64,000 nucleotides of DNA from Paraspadella gotoi (Eukaryota > Animalia > Chaetognatha). How positions within the stretch are numbered: the first letter of the stretch is position 1; each line of letters begins with the position of its first letter. A program made the translations under genes and the position numbers. Positions 24,953 to 48,775 of the stretch are shown here, one piece after another. The stretch is from NCBI GenBank assembly GCA_051294375.1, contig CM119263.1, positions 268,019 through 332,018 on the forward strand, read 5' to 3'. The notes under the pieces were generated by a model that was given only the letters and a program-made list of their open reading frames with translations, was not told where the DNA came from and ran no database searches.

Positions 24953-25060
24953 AGAGACGTTGCATTCCTATGGGAGGAGGAAGAAGAGAACGAGACAAGT
25001 TGCATTCCTATGGGAGAAGGAAGAAGAGGATGAGATACGTTGCATTCCTATGGGAGGATG
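24953..25060 (+). repeat. Three-unit ~41-bp repeat with invariant core GTTGCATTCCTATGGGAG; also at 34151-34258 and ~46759-46866
   Basis: An exact 18-bp core x3, separated by mutually similar GA-rich linkers. Confidence 0.9.
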
Positions 25061-25791
25061 AAGAGGAGAAAAGAATGAAAGTCAGTTTATATATATTCTT
25101 TCGGGAAAAGGAATAGAATAGAAGAAGAGGCGAAAACGTTTCGTCAATGTGTCGCTAAGACGATGCCAAATGTCAGATTCGCATTAAAGAGAAAAAAAAA
25201 TCAAAAGAACAAAAAAAAAGTAATGAAAAAGTCGAAAGAAAAAAGCAAGAGAGAAAGAATGAGTAAAAGTGTGAAGGAGAGAAAGAAAAGGTGAGGTTCG
25301 CTGCCAGGGAGGCGAAGACCCAGAGCCTGAGGTGACGACAGAGTGAGTTCATCCGCGGAGTCAGGAATCTTTCTTTTATTCTGGGGCAACCAGGATTTTT
25401 AATAGTAATAGGAAATGTTAATAGTATATTTTAATTAATAGAATGTTAGCGAAAGTAAACCAATGAGCGAAAAGTATTTTACTTATGTTGCAGATCATTA
25501 AGGAAATAAATAATTGTCGTTGTGATTGACGGAAAACGAAGAGGGAAACTATTTTTTAGCGACATGAAAATTTTATGGTTTCCCTCAGTTTCTTCGGCCC
25601 TAATTAAAATTGAATTTTTAAAATCCAATTTTCAAATTGAAAGGTTAGACCGGGAGTCGGGACCGTCCGACGTTCGAAGCCCAGATAACTTTTTGCATTT
25701 TCTGCAAAGAGAATTTAGGTAGCAGCGGATAATTATCGCAGGTGATCGGTGATCGTTGGAAAGATCTGGATTTGATATAATGCCAATGAAG

Positions 25792-25944
<153 letters not shown>

Positions 25945-26180
25945 TGTTTGAGCTGCCTCGGTTTAATTTTAATTAAATAATTTGGCTGACTTTCTCGTAG
26001 ACGACGATCGAGCATTCAACGATGTTTTAAATGTTTATTTCTTTTCGAGATAGACGGAAACGAGGAATAGAATAGTTTTAATTGTTTCACAATAAACAAC
26101 ACGTTAAAATCCAATTAATTATAGTTTAATAAACGACTTAAAAGCAACATGAAAACGTTGACGTCGCGCTTAACGAGGCA

Positions 26181-26205
26181 NNNNNNNNNNNNNNNNNNNN
26201 NNNNN
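26181..26205. other. Assembly gap (25 N)
   Basis: Run of N at the end of copy A. Confidence 0.99.
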
Positions 26206-35378
<9,173 letters not shown>

Positions 35379-35403
35379 NNNNNNNNNNNNNNNNNNNNNN
35401 NNN
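35379..35403. other. Assembly gap (25 N)
   Basis: Run of N after the same terminal bases (ttaacgaggca) that end copy A. Confidence 0.99.
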
Positions 35404-38400
35404 AAGAGATGAGGATTAATATCGTTATTAACTCTTTATAATAACATAACAAATTACATAAGGGAGTCCATCCTTTTATACAATTAGACATTTTTTGGAA
35501 TATTATCACTTCATTGATAGGGAAGCAGTTACTCTGGGAGTGAAAAAACTAATACTGTGCAGAGAGTCTTGATAGAGAAGCTAGCAGGGACCCGCTAAAA
35601 TGTCCATTATCTGTGATGGAGGCCTTAAACACCAAAGTCAGGGGCAAGATAGATTATTTTATAGAATGAATAGATAATTTTCCATATTGATTGATACCAA
35701 TTTCATAATACGTACGTACATTCTCGATGCTTAGTACGCCCCGTTCTGACAATATTTAGAGGAGTGGCGTTTTATACAATCATTACGTAATTTAAATATA
35801 TTAAATCACATCACGTGATAAGAAAGCCAGGATTTATATTGAAGTTACCAAACTGAGACTAATAGAGAATCGTTATTAAAAGGTTTTTAGGGTTAGCTTG
35901 TGCCAATTATCTTGTAAGAGGGGGAAGGCCTAACTCATTACAACTGCACAAAGTCAGTAAAAAGATATATTATTCAATGAATGAAACGGATATTTTTATA
36001 CTGCACTAACTAACTATAGTTAAGTATAATAGTAAATCTTGACAACACAATAAAATTATATTTAAACGATAAAAATACTTTTAAATAAGAACGGTACCTA
36101 ATTCAATGTGTGACTTTATTTTCACGGTATTTCCTCTTTGATCACATGATATGACATGACATGACATGACTAAAAAACTTTTTTTGCCCGATTATTTATG
36201 ACATTGCACTGCATCAAAAATCGTATTTTATTCCGTTTTTCAAGAATTCTGTAGGCGGCATTAGCAAGTCTCTTTAGATTTTAGGTTTTTTTTCTGTCTT
36301 AACAAATGAGCAACACCAACATAAGCATATTATTATTCGTTTATGATTCATTATATGACCTATCTCGATACAATAAGTTAACATGTATTAAAGTCGACTT
36401 ATAGTCCACCAATATGCATTGTCCAATTTACCGTTTCTAAATTGCAGTTGGTGTAAAATTGACTGTGGCCCATGGTCCTCGGACCCGCTGTATGATAAAT
36501 ACAAATACAAATACACAAATATATTTATTTTCACTTTCGTGGACAGACCAACGGACAGACCATACCCGACGGGAACCGACCGACCTAAAAGTGACTATAG
36601 AGAGGCTCCGGGAGTAAGTTCTCGCGCAACTAAAAATAGGCGCTTTAATTGGATTTATCGAGTTTTTTCGATTTCACTCGACGAGTTTTTTTTCTCTCCG
36701 ATTTTCACTTCTTCGAATTTTCGATTCCTAGTGACAAGCTTTCATATATTCCATTAAACGGACTTTAATATTATCGGATTTTTATTTTTTTTTTTAAATA
36801 TTAAATTTAATCTAGAAGCCTGTATGTTTTTATTTCAAGGGGAAAAAAAGAACTAATTTTTAAATATTTTTGCAAACGAAGGGAGATGATAAAGACGACG
36901 ACGAAGACGACGACGACGACGACGAAGACGACGACGAAAGACGACAAGGTATAAAATGATAACACGACGAAAAGATTCAGGGAAAATCTGTTATAGACGA
37001 CGACGACGAACGACGCTACATCGCAAAGACCGGCGAATCGTCGAAGCTCCGAAATCGCAGGGGCGCTAATTCAGGGGGGGGCGGTTGGAGTGAGAAGAGA
37101 GTGACCCGGGTTGCGATGGCGAAAGTGTGATGCGATGGGAGAAAAGCGTGAAATGGGGGGGAGAGGAGGGAGGGCGGAGTGAAGCGTTGAACGGAAAGGA
37201 GTGAGATTCCAGTCTCTTTTCCTTGTGATCGAAAACACCTCGGTCGACAAACCCCGAGGGCGAAGGATCTTTCATCATCCTCTTTCCTTAGGCCCCATCA
37301 CCACCCCATCATCACCCCTTACACCCCCCTTTTAACCCCCACGAGGGTCCACCCCAAATCATCATCCAACATCTTATCATCTTCAGGAAAAAAAAACTTT
37401 TTCCTTTCGATTTCTCAGCGGACAACGAAATAGGAAAGGAGTCTGTCTGTCCTGTCCTGTATGTCTCTCTTTTACTTCAATCCTTCTAATCGTATTAATT
37501 ATTATTATTATCAATTATTTTATTATTATTATTATTATTATTATTTATTATTATTATTATTATTATTAAATTATTATTATTTACTTATTATTAATTAATT
37601 ATTAAATATATTATATTATTTACATCATAGATTTGTCAAAAAAATTGTCATAGATATGTTTTATTTGAGACGTAATATTCAAACTTGAAGGTGATTTCAA
37701 ACGTTGATGTGGAACTGAGTTTCTTGTTCGTAATTACGTTCGTCATCATATTCATCGTATAATGTCTATCTCATCATCATAGTATATCATCATAGGCCCC
37801 ATCCTAGTCCATCATCTTATTCATCCTCAACCATCATATATTCATCTTCATCATGCATCTTAAATCAGTGTCCTTTATCATCGTCATCATCTTAGTATCT
37901 TATCACATTTGTTCTTACGCATCATATTCATCTTTATCATAATCTTAATTATCATCATCTTCGTAAATCATTTTCATCCTCCTCACTTTATTCATCATCA
38001 TCTTTCATCATCTCCATCCATCAATTCATGTCCATCATTAGTCTTCATCATCATTCATGTCATCATTATTGTCGACATCATTTTTTAATCATCAACGCGT
38101 CGTCGTCCATCGTCTTTCAAAATCTCATCTTCTTCTTCTTCTTCTTCTTCTTCTTCTTCTTCTTCTTCTTCTTCTTCTTCTTCTTCTTCTCTTCTTCTCC
38201 TTCTTCAGCAGCAAGCAGCAAAGTTCGGCGGCAGCATCGGCAGCAAGCAGCGGAAACAGAAGCAACAACATCACCAGGAATTCAGATCGGATGGCGGAGC
38301 CCAGAGTTTTTGAAACGGACGAAACGAAATTCACGAGTCCAATTCGAACGCAGCGTTCACAGGGTTAAAAGTTAAAACAAAACAAAAACATTTAAATTGC

Positions 38401-38573
38401 AATATAGTATTATTTCCAACTCAAGTCTAAAGGATAAAACTCAAAATTTAAATTGTTATAAAGATAAACATTTGAAACATAAAACCGAAACAAAAAGATA
38501 GTAAAATGACGACAAAAAAAGAATTGACATTAGGATGGCAGAAAACATTGAAGTTATCTCGCGTGTCGAGAGC

Positions 38574-38605
<32 letters not shown>

Positions 38606-38607
38606 TC

Positions 38608-38663
<56 letters not shown>

Positions 38664-38947
38664 CTCTCTCTCTATCATGTGGTATTAGATAACGAGAAGA
38701 CTCAACAATCAGTTTTCGTTTCCCCCTCCTCTCTCCCTCCCAGCCCCCCCCCCCAAGAAAACAAGGAAAGATCGACTCTTTCTGAGTTCTCCCCCTCATT
38801 TTTCCTTACCTCCTCTTCCTCTTCCTCCCTTCTGCCCTCTCCTCCTCCTCACCCCTCCTCCTCTTCACCCTCCTCCCACTCCCTTCCCCCCATCGCGACC
38901 CAATTCCTCGCGGCGAAAAAACTCCCGAATCTTTGGAGGGCGAGGAT

Positions 38948-39035
<88 letters not shown>

Positions 39036-40232
39036 AGAGAGGAAGAGAGAGAGAAGAGAGAGAGAAGAGAGAGGAGAGAGAGAGCCATGCAGTCTACTGA
39101 GTATGGCCTATAGGTTGAAGTTTTCCTCTTTGTCCGCAGCCTCTGTTTTCTCTGTATCAAGTGCGAAGAAGACGAGGGAAGGAAATTCAAAGGCAAAGAC
39201 TCAAAGAGGTCATAAGGATCCCGAAAGGGTTGGGAATGATTCCAGGAACCAAGTGATCATTAAAAGATCCAAAGATCTTAAGTATATAATGTTTTTTTAA
39301 ATTATAAACTTAAAGAAAGAAACATCGCTTACTATTGTCTAAGTAATTAAGCAAAAAATATTTGACTAAAAGTTGACAAAAAGACAAAGTCGGAAAATGA
39401 TGAAGAAAAGTTCAAAAAAACTAAAGAATCGCGTAAAATGAAGACGGCCCAATGAGGCCAGTTCCAAAGAGACTCTGTAGAGAATGTTAACATGAAAGCA
39501 AGTGCATACATCGGAAATCCTAAATCTTTGCGACTTGAATGAGACACGCTGCAACCAGCGAGTTGGTAAAAGGGAATTAGGTTAAAATTTAATTCAATCA
39601 ACTTTTAAAAAATTGAGTTCAAATTTCAAACAGGCAATCATGGATGGAGGCAAGAGGCGAGCAAGCAATGTGGCAATGAAAAAAAGAAGCGAACAAGCAG
39701 AGTGGAGAACAAAAGATGCGGACAAGCAGTATAAAGAGACGAGCTTGCTGTGTGAAAGAACGCGAGCTGATTGGAAGATGGAAAATGCTAGCGAGCAATG
39801 TGGCTAATAAACAAAAAGGCGAACAAACATAATAGAAGAGCGAAAAAAAGGAAAAAAGCCAGAAGAGGGCGCTAATTCTCTCGAGGATTTCGTAAATTTT
39901 TAAAGGATATAATAATTTATCTTTTCTTCTCTCGTTTTTCGGCAGTTTTCCCTTTTTTTTTTAAATTTATTACTATATTTCCTATTTTCTGCGAGCTTTC
40001 CCTTAAGTTTTTCGATACGTTTCCTAAATTAAAAAAAACAAAAAAAAAAAACAGCTGTTTTGTTTTGTTTCGAATGTCAATTCTAACTCGAACTGTTTGA
40101 AAAAAGATTCTCTCGTATCGGTCAATCGCTTTTGAAATTATTGGTTGACAAATTGCGGGAGCGGCTTTTCTCTTAAATTGAAAAGAAAATCTTTAATAAT
40201 CTGATTTGGAGATGGTAAAACAGAAACGAAAC

Positions 40233-40330
<98 letters not shown>

Positions 40331-40578
40331 GTGTTGAAACATAATTAGCTAAAAGTCAACAAAATTCTTGTTTCCACACACATAATTTTGTCACAATTCA
40401 AAAGAAGAGAAAAAAGAAAAGAGATTTTGGGTTTTTTTTCCATTTTCTTTTTCTTTTGTTTTATTTGTTTATTTCTAGAAAAATTCGTGACTTTAACGAA
40501 AAATCTGAAATTATTAGTTTTTTTAATCAAGGATTATTTGATTATATTGAGCTAATCAGATTTTTTAAAATAATCTCG

Positions 40579-40610
<32 letters not shown>

Positions 40611-40619
40611 GCTCTCTGG

Positions 40620-40661
<42 letters not shown>

Positions 40662-41528
40662 CAACTCTCACGTTCACACTACGACATCACGTCGTAACCC
40701 TGTGTGAAAAATCAGAGGGAGACAGAGTCACAAGAAAAGCGAAAAACGATTGAGAGGGAGACAATGCGCTTAAGTGGAAACGCGAGAAATCGTGATCCTA
40801 TTGACGAGAAAAAAGGGAAAAAACGTCTCTCTCTCTCTTTCTCTTCTCATCAAAAAGAGAATTTAGTGTCATTTACATTGGAAATAATGTCCTCGTTCGC
40901 TTTCTCTCTCTCTCTCTCTCAATCTCATCTCTCGACATCTCTCCTCATCTCTCTCTCTCTCTTCGTTCTCTCTCTCTTCTCTCTCACGTCTTGCTCTTCT
41001 CACAGTATTACTCGGAATTTACAAGACTAAGCCTAAAACCGTTTTTTACCTGATGCGTCACAGAAGCAAAAAAGTCATTTGTTTCGGTCCATTTCACTTC
41101 ACGATTCCTCCTCCTGAGGGAGGAATTTTACTCTTAATTTAGGTCTTTTGAAAAGAATTCATTTCACACTGAACGAAGCTCTATTAATAGATTTAAAAAA
41201 CAAGACTGAAATAAGAAATTAGAAATAAGAAATAAGACTGAAATATTAAAATTCTGCAGAAAAAATGTGATTATAAAACCACAATATTATAAAACATGAC
41301 ATACATGACGAAAGATTTTGAATATCAAAACAAATACTTATTATTAAATACATATTATACGTTTTAACCAAAACGACTTGACGTCTGGTTCTCAGTCATT
41401 CACCTTCTTTCGCGATTCGATGTCAAAAGAAAAACAATTTTCTTTTCTAAAAATAGATTTCGTCTAATTTATTCCGCGAGGGTTGAGTCACATTTCAAGT
41501 CGGTGAGCCGCGTCGTGAGACCAGAATT

Positions 41529-41563
<35 letters not shown>

Positions 41564-41914
41564 GAGAAAAAAAAATATCGTCTCAATTTGAATATAACGT
41601 GAGATTTTGATTTTAATTAAACCAAATAAAGATGAAATAAATCTTAGTTCAAAATAAATCAAGAATGCTTTGAATCCGATTTAATTTAATCTAACTTCGA
41701 TATTGCAAACGAATGAATAACTCTAGTCATATGTATTTTAAAGTTTATTGAAATATTGAAAACTGAAAAATGAAATACATCGACTTTGTACATTTGAGAA
41801 CACTGAACACTCTTTGCCTTCTCTCTAGATACTATTTCCTTTACTTTTGCCGTAAATAATTCATTCTCATTATTTATTGTAGCGATATTTTTACACTGCC
41901 TCACCTCCGACTTT

Positions 41915-42322
41915 ATGCAGCTAATCCCATTGGCTCAGATAGGAACATTCTATCCACAGTCCATTTGGTCTATCAGATCCATCTACTGGTCCATTTCCTG
42001 CTATGGTATTCCCTATGTATTGGCAAAGCGAGACCGTCCTTGGTTAACCGCGCCAGTGGCTGGCGGCGTCACTTATGGTCGGAAGACCCTAAAAACGTCA
42101 GGGAAATGGCCCATCCCAATTGGCATCACAGACAACCCGGCTGTGATTCGTGACTATAAAATATATAATCATTTCACTGCACAAAGGTGTCCATTATCCA
42201 TTGTCCAATTCCGAAACAATCTGCCTCAAATCTCGGCCGAGGAACTCAGCGACCGTGAAATCCTTCGTCAGTTAACTATCCTTCATCGAACTAATAAAAA
42301 TACAGACATGAAACACTTTTGA
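41915..42322 (+). CDS. 135-aa ORF of unknown nature; interrupted by the MITE in copies A and B
   Basis: One of the few long ORFs made of complex sequence. I recognise no domain, and the frame is not conserved in A or B. Confidence 0.15.
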   Translation: MQLIPLAQIGTFYPQSIWSIRSIYWSISCYGIPYVLAKRDRPWLTAPVAGGVTYGRKTLKTSGKWPIPIGITDNPAVIRDYKIYNHFTAQRCPLSIVQFRNNLPQISAEELSDREILRQLTILHRTNKNTDMKHF

Positions 42323-43058
42323 TGCCATAAGAGAAGAGAAATTCCAACGACAGAATGGACACCATTTGCGAAACAGAAATGGAAGCAGAGAATTTCCAAC
42401 TCGAATTCATTTGTGTCTTCATTTCACTGGGGAACAAATCTTCCTTTTCTTCTATTTTGTCTTTCTTTCTTTTCTTTCATGTCATTTTCGCATTTTTATA
42501 AATTTTGTCACTAGTTATTGACAACATATTTAAATCTGTATTCTTTGAGAGTCATCACATATACCGAGATGAAGATTAACCTATATTATTTCAATCTTTT
42601 TCCCTTTTTTAAAAATTTATTTCTTTTCCTTTAACTTTTCCCTTTTTTTTCCTCTTCGTTCCTTTTTCTTCCTTGTTTTGTCCTTGAAATTCTCCGCGTC
42701 GAAGAATATCGCCTTCGTACCTTTTATGCAAATCAGTTTAAACTTTTTCTTAAAATGAAAATAAATGATAATCTCTACTCGTTTTACCCTCGAAAATTCT
42801 TCATTTATTCTCTTTTAAGTTTTATTTGAGAAAAGATAAATAAACCAGTTATAAATAAATAAATAAATTTTTAAAAAAATAAATAAATATATAATAATAT
42901 ATAATAAATAAAATAAACAAAAAATAAATCAAGTTTTATTTTGATTTTCATTATCTAAATCATGTAAATAACAAAAAAAAAAAAAACTGGGAGAAAAAAA
43001 ACAAATTGCAGAATCTTTTTCTTGTTTCCTTTTTTCAGACCAAATTGCCGTCAATGAA

Positions 43059-43101
<43 letters not shown>

Positions 43102-43124
43102 AGAGAAGAGAGAGAGAGCAGAGA

Positions 43125-43206
43125 NNNNNNNNNNNNNNNNNNNNNNNNNNNNNNNNNNNNNNNNNNNNNNNNNNNNNNNNNNNNNNNNNNNNNNNNNNNN
43201 NNNNNN
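43125..43206. other. Assembly gap (82 N) inside (AG)n
   Basis: Run of N; the equivalent position is closed in copy A (~21240-21306). Confidence 0.99.
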
Positions 43207-43241
<35 letters not shown>

Positions 43242-43718
43242 ATGGAGCGAAATAGTGTGAAGTGAACCGGGAAGGAGAATGGAGAGATACAGAGACAGAC
43301 AAAGCAGCTGAGACCATAAACGAGAGCAAAAGAAGCAGATGAGTTTGTTTAGACTTTATCAAATTATCTTCAGAGAACTGTTTGGTTTTTTTTAAAACAA
43401 AATACAAACTTAATTTCAACTTAAATATCTTAAAAAATTATAAAAATATTTCCCAAAATTGTTTATATGAAATTGGTACAACCAACAAAAAAATTATCCA
43501 TTCATTTAATAAATGAGCTATCTTTTCCCTGACCTTGGACAGGCTTTGGTGGTTTAGGTCCTCCAACACTCTTACAAGATAATGACATAGCAGGTCCTTG
43601 CAAGCTTTCAATCAAGACTCTCACAGCCTCGTTTATTCACTCCCAGAGAACCTGGCTTCTCTATTAATTAAGTGGTATAATGTTTCAAAGAATATTTCAG
43701 ATCCTTTCGGCTTTTTTT

Positions 43719-43769
<51 letters not shown>

Positions 43770-44920
43770 TCTCTCTCAGCCATGACTTCTGCTTTCTCTC
43801 CACTTAAGGTCAATTCCGCGTCACCTCTGGCCACCTGTTCTCCATCAACGATTAACAAATAGTGAACCTCCGATTTTTTTCATGTCGCCTGATGTGATAA
43901 GAAGAACAAAAAAAAAGCTTAACAGACAGGAGAACAAAAAAAAGCAAAACAAAAGGGAGAACAAAAAAAAGCATAACAAAAAGGAGAACAAAAAAGCAAA
44001 ACAAACAAGAGAGCAAGAAAGGTAATTCCAATGTGTTGCGTCGCAGTCACTTTATTCTTACGTGTATTTCCCTTTGATCACATGATCATGACATGACTAA
44101 AAAACTTTCTTCGTCCGTGCACTGCAGTACAAATTTGGGCTCTTTTTATTCCTTAGTAAGTTTTAGAAATTCCTGAAGGCGGCGCTAGCGAGTCATTGAG
44201 AGTTCTGTGCTTTAACAAATGAGCAAACAACTATAGGCAAATTATATGCCGGACCCGCTGTATGAATAAATACAATACAATATATGCATTTTTAAGGTAA
44301 GCGGGACAAACCGATGGACAGACATACCAACGTACCGAAAAGTGAATTGCTCCACCAGTACTCGCGACGCAACTAACAAGAAAAAAAATGAACTAAATAA
44401 CGAAAATGAGAATAAAAAAAAAGGAACTTTAACAAAATGAATAAATAACTTGGTTGCAACAAAATTCACCAGAATAAGATTCGACTCGAAAAACCGAAAC
44501 TCGCAAAAAGAAAATCAATAATCAGGGAGAGAACTAACTTCGCAATCTCACATTATTAGACAATAGACAATTCTTAACTATTCCACGAGACAACAACACC
44601 CAACCGTCAAAACAATTGGATCTACTATGCGCATGATGACAAAAAATCGTAATGAAATGAAACGTAAAGCAACTAATGCAAGTGACGGTCGCACTCAAAG
44701 CGACAGCCACACTCAAAGCGACAGTCGCACTCAAAGCGACAGCCACACGCAAACCGATGGCCACACGCAAAGCGACAGCCTTACTCAAAGCGACAGCCAC
44801 ACGCAAAGCAGCAGACGCACAATCGTTGCGTCAAATCACAGCAAATTTCCATCGTCGTTAACGAGTCACCCATCGGCGCTTTGATTGGATCCTTTGCGTG
44901 ACCGCTTAATTCAGAGACAA

Positions 44921-44983
<63 letters not shown>

Positions 44984-45325
44984 CTCTCCTAACAAATTCA
45001 AATCACTTTGTCAAAGGAAACAGTTCAGATTAATGGTTTTATTAATTTTCGTTTCTTCTTCTTGTTTCATTGAATTGAAATGTTTTTTTTTCGTAGGATA
45101 GAGTCCCACTGAAAAAAGAGAGAAGAGGATGTGTCACCACGGGGGTTGGAAAGCAGAGGCGGGACCTTGTGGGAAAAAAGAAAGAAAATAAAAAAAGGGG
45201 AAAAAATTAAAGGAAAAAAATAAGAAGACTAAAAAGAGATTTAATTTTAAACCAAAAAGGTGTGTATGAAATGAAGAATTTCAATGGGAAAGAAAAATAG
45301 AAAGAAAGAAAGAAAAAAAGAAAAA

Positions 45326-45377
<52 letters not shown>

Positions 45378-45483
45378 ACGAACGAACCAGAATAAAAGGG
45401 TGAGGAAGTGTAAGAGAGAGAAGGGACAAACAGAGATGACACGAAATGGGACCAAACTTTTTGGGGACCCGAAAAATTTGCTT

Positions 45484-45541
<58 letters not shown>

Positions 45542-45870
45542 AGACAACTAATCTGCCAAAAGGGAAACGCAAACATTTTCTTTAAAGATGAAATAATAAA
45601 CTCGGAGGATTTTGTTTAATCATTTTAACTTTTAAAAAGTTAAAATTTCGAGGTTTTTTTTCTGAATTAATTTTTTTTCGTCGCTGAATCAGATTCTTCA
45701 TGATTTTTTAATGATGAATAAAAAATAGAAAAAATTAAAATAACATGGAAGAGACATGGAAACAAATTAAATAGATTCTGTTTTAAAATTACGAAGTCAT
45801 CGCAAATAGTAAGAAAGGAAACTGGAAACAAATTCTGAAGAGAAAAACAGATTAAAAGAGATTTTGTTAG

Positions 45871-45928
<58 letters not shown>

Positions 45929-47597
45929 CTCGACGACGCCAAAGTGTCAACTAACTCCAATCCTTAAAACAATAACAAACACCGACAAAAAAGTTTTCCC
46001 CTAAAAAAAATCGTCTAGAAAAACTTCGGTGACGTGAACGACCTTAGCTTTGTGGTCGTCGTCTTCGTTGTCGTCGTCTTCGTCGTCGTCGTCGTTGTTC
46101 ATCATCATCCATCGTTATCCTCTTTTAGTTAATCCTCGTCCCAGTCAATTGTTAAGTTGCCTTTCCCTTTTGCTCCCCTAAAATTGAATTTTCTAATTTT
46201 TCGCATCAAATTTTTGCATCACTTTGTGCGAAAATTGTCTTATGAACGAATTGAGCTTAAAGGGGTCTTGAAATCAGACTTTTATAGTAAACCCATTGGC
46301 CATTGGCTGGTTCAATAATAAAGACCGAAGCACAAAATAAGCCTTAATACGGTAAAGACGAATTTCGGGAGAAAGCAGACGACAGAGAAGAAATAGAAAT
46401 ATTATAACTGGATATCTGTATTTCTAGATAATAAAAAAATTACCAAGTTACCAATGATGGAAATTGATAATAGACCATGACAGCAAATCACAAAGCAGAA
46501 AATCCCACAAAGAATCAAATGACTTCATCCTAGAATTTTCTCTTTGTGTTCTGTTTTATATTCCATAAGTTTCCAAAGATTTCTATACAAATTGCTCCCG
46601 CTTTTCTTTTCAAGAATCAAGAAGTATTTCTCTTCACCTTCATAAAAGTTTTTCACTGTATTTTTATGTGAAATAAATCCAGAAACAAAAGCATTTTTGT
46701 TCTTTTTTGATCCTTTGAGGCGACAGAGAATCGAAAGTGAAACCAGAGGGAGGAGGAAGAGACGTTGCATTCCTATGGGAGGAGGAAGAAGAGAACGAGA
46801 CAAGTTGCATTCCTATGGGAGAAGGAAGAAGAGGATGAGATACGTTGCATTCCTATGGGAGGATGAAGAGGAGAAAAGAATGAAAGTCAGTTTATATATA
46901 TTCTTTCGGGAAAAGGAATAGAATAGAAGAAGAGGCGAAAACGTTTCGTCAATGTGTCGCTAAGACGATGCCAAATGTCAGATTCGCATTAAAGAGAAAA
47001 AAAAATCAAAAGAACAAAAAAAAAAGTAATGAAAAAGTCGAAAGAAAAAAGGAAGAGAGAAAGAATGAGTAAAAGTGTGAAGGAGAGAAAGAAAAGGTGA
47101 GGTTCGCTGCCAGGGAGGCGAAGACCCAGAGCCTGAGGTGACGACAGAGTGAGTTCATCCGCGGGAGTCAGGAATCTTTCTTTTATTCTGGGGGCAACCA
47201 GGATTTTTAATAGTAATAGGAAATGTTAATAGTATATTTTAATTAATAGAATGTTAGCGAAAGTAAACCAATGAGCGAAAAGTATTTTACTTATGTTGCA
47301 GATCATTAAGGAAATAAATAATTGTCGTTGTGATTGACGGAAAACGAAGAGGGAAACTATTTTTAGCGACATGAAAATTTTATGGTTTCCCTCAGTTTCT
47401 TCGGCCCTAATTAAAATTGAATTTTTAAAATCCAATTTTCAAATTGAAAGGTTAGACCGGGAGTCGGGACCGTCCGACGTTCGAAGCCCAGATAAATTTT
47501 GCATTTTCTGCAAAGAGAATTTTGGTAGCAGCGGATAATTATCGCAGGTGACCGGTGATCGTTGGAAAGATCTGGATTTGATATAATGCCAATGAAG

Positions 47598-47735
<138 letters not shown>

Positions 47736-48159
47736 TGTTTGAGCTGCCTCGGTTTAATTTTAATTAAATTAATTTGGCTGACTTTCTCGTAGACGACGAT
47801 CGAGCATTCAACGATGTTTTAAATGTTTATTTCTTTCGAGATAGACGGAAACGAGGAATAGAATAGTTTTAATTGTTTCACAATAAACAACACGTTAAAA
47901 TCCAATTAATTATAGTTTAATAAACGACTTAAAAGCAACATGAAAACGTTCGACGTCGCGGCTTAACGAGGCAACTGCCTTTGACTTTTCCTCAATTTCA
48001 AACGTTAAAAATAATCCAGATATTCGCTTTCTTCTTCGTATTAATCGTCATCGTCGCGATGTTCCGTCGCGAATCGGGAAACCTGGGACTCGGATGTCGA
48101 ATCGAGCCGCAGCAAGGGGGCTTCTTTGAAAAAAATCGATTTAACGACTCATTGATTAT

Positions 48160-48508
48160 TTTCTCTCCTATCCTTCTCTCCCTCTCACTCTCTTTCTCCC
48201 TCTTCCCTCCTCTCTCTCTCCTCTCATTCTCTCCCTCTTTCCCTGCCGCCCCTCCCTACCCATCCCTATCCCCTCCTCTCTCTCTTCATTCTCTCCCTCT
48301 CTCCCTCCCTATCCCCTCCTCTCTCTCCTCATTCTCCTACCTCGCCTTCCCTCACTCCCTCTCCCCACCTCTCTTTGTCTCCAGATTCCCGACCCAAAAC
48401 TTTCACAAAATCCTTCTCCCTCGGGGTTCACGACTTTTGCTTCACCGGAATTCCTTAAACCTGATATCCTCATCTTAAAATCATTTTCTCGCTCCCCCCT
48501 CTCTCTTT

Positions 48509-48551
<43 letters not shown>

Positions 48552-48581
48552 TTCTTTCTCTCTCTTTTCTCTCTCTCTCTT

Positions 48582-48629
<48 letters not shown>

Positions 48630-48705
48630 CTCTTTTTTCTCTCTCTCTTTCTTTCTCTCTCTTTCTCTCTCTCTCTCTCTCTTCTCTATCTCTCTCTCTT
48701 TCTTT

Positions 48706-48737
<32 letters not shown>

Positions 48738-48775
48738 TCTCTCTCTCTCTTCTCTCTCTCTCTCTCTCTCTCTGT
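48160..48775. repeat. Long polypyrimidine/(CT)n region
   Basis: A C/T-rich block, then a nearly pure CT/TTC block at ~48490-48773. Confidence 0.92.

Noticed and set aside
24953-25060. CRISPR-like array (identical 18-mers with spacers)
   Set aside because: There are only three short repeats, the linkers are similar GA-rich sequence rather than unique spacers, no cas genes are present, and the context is eukaryotic.
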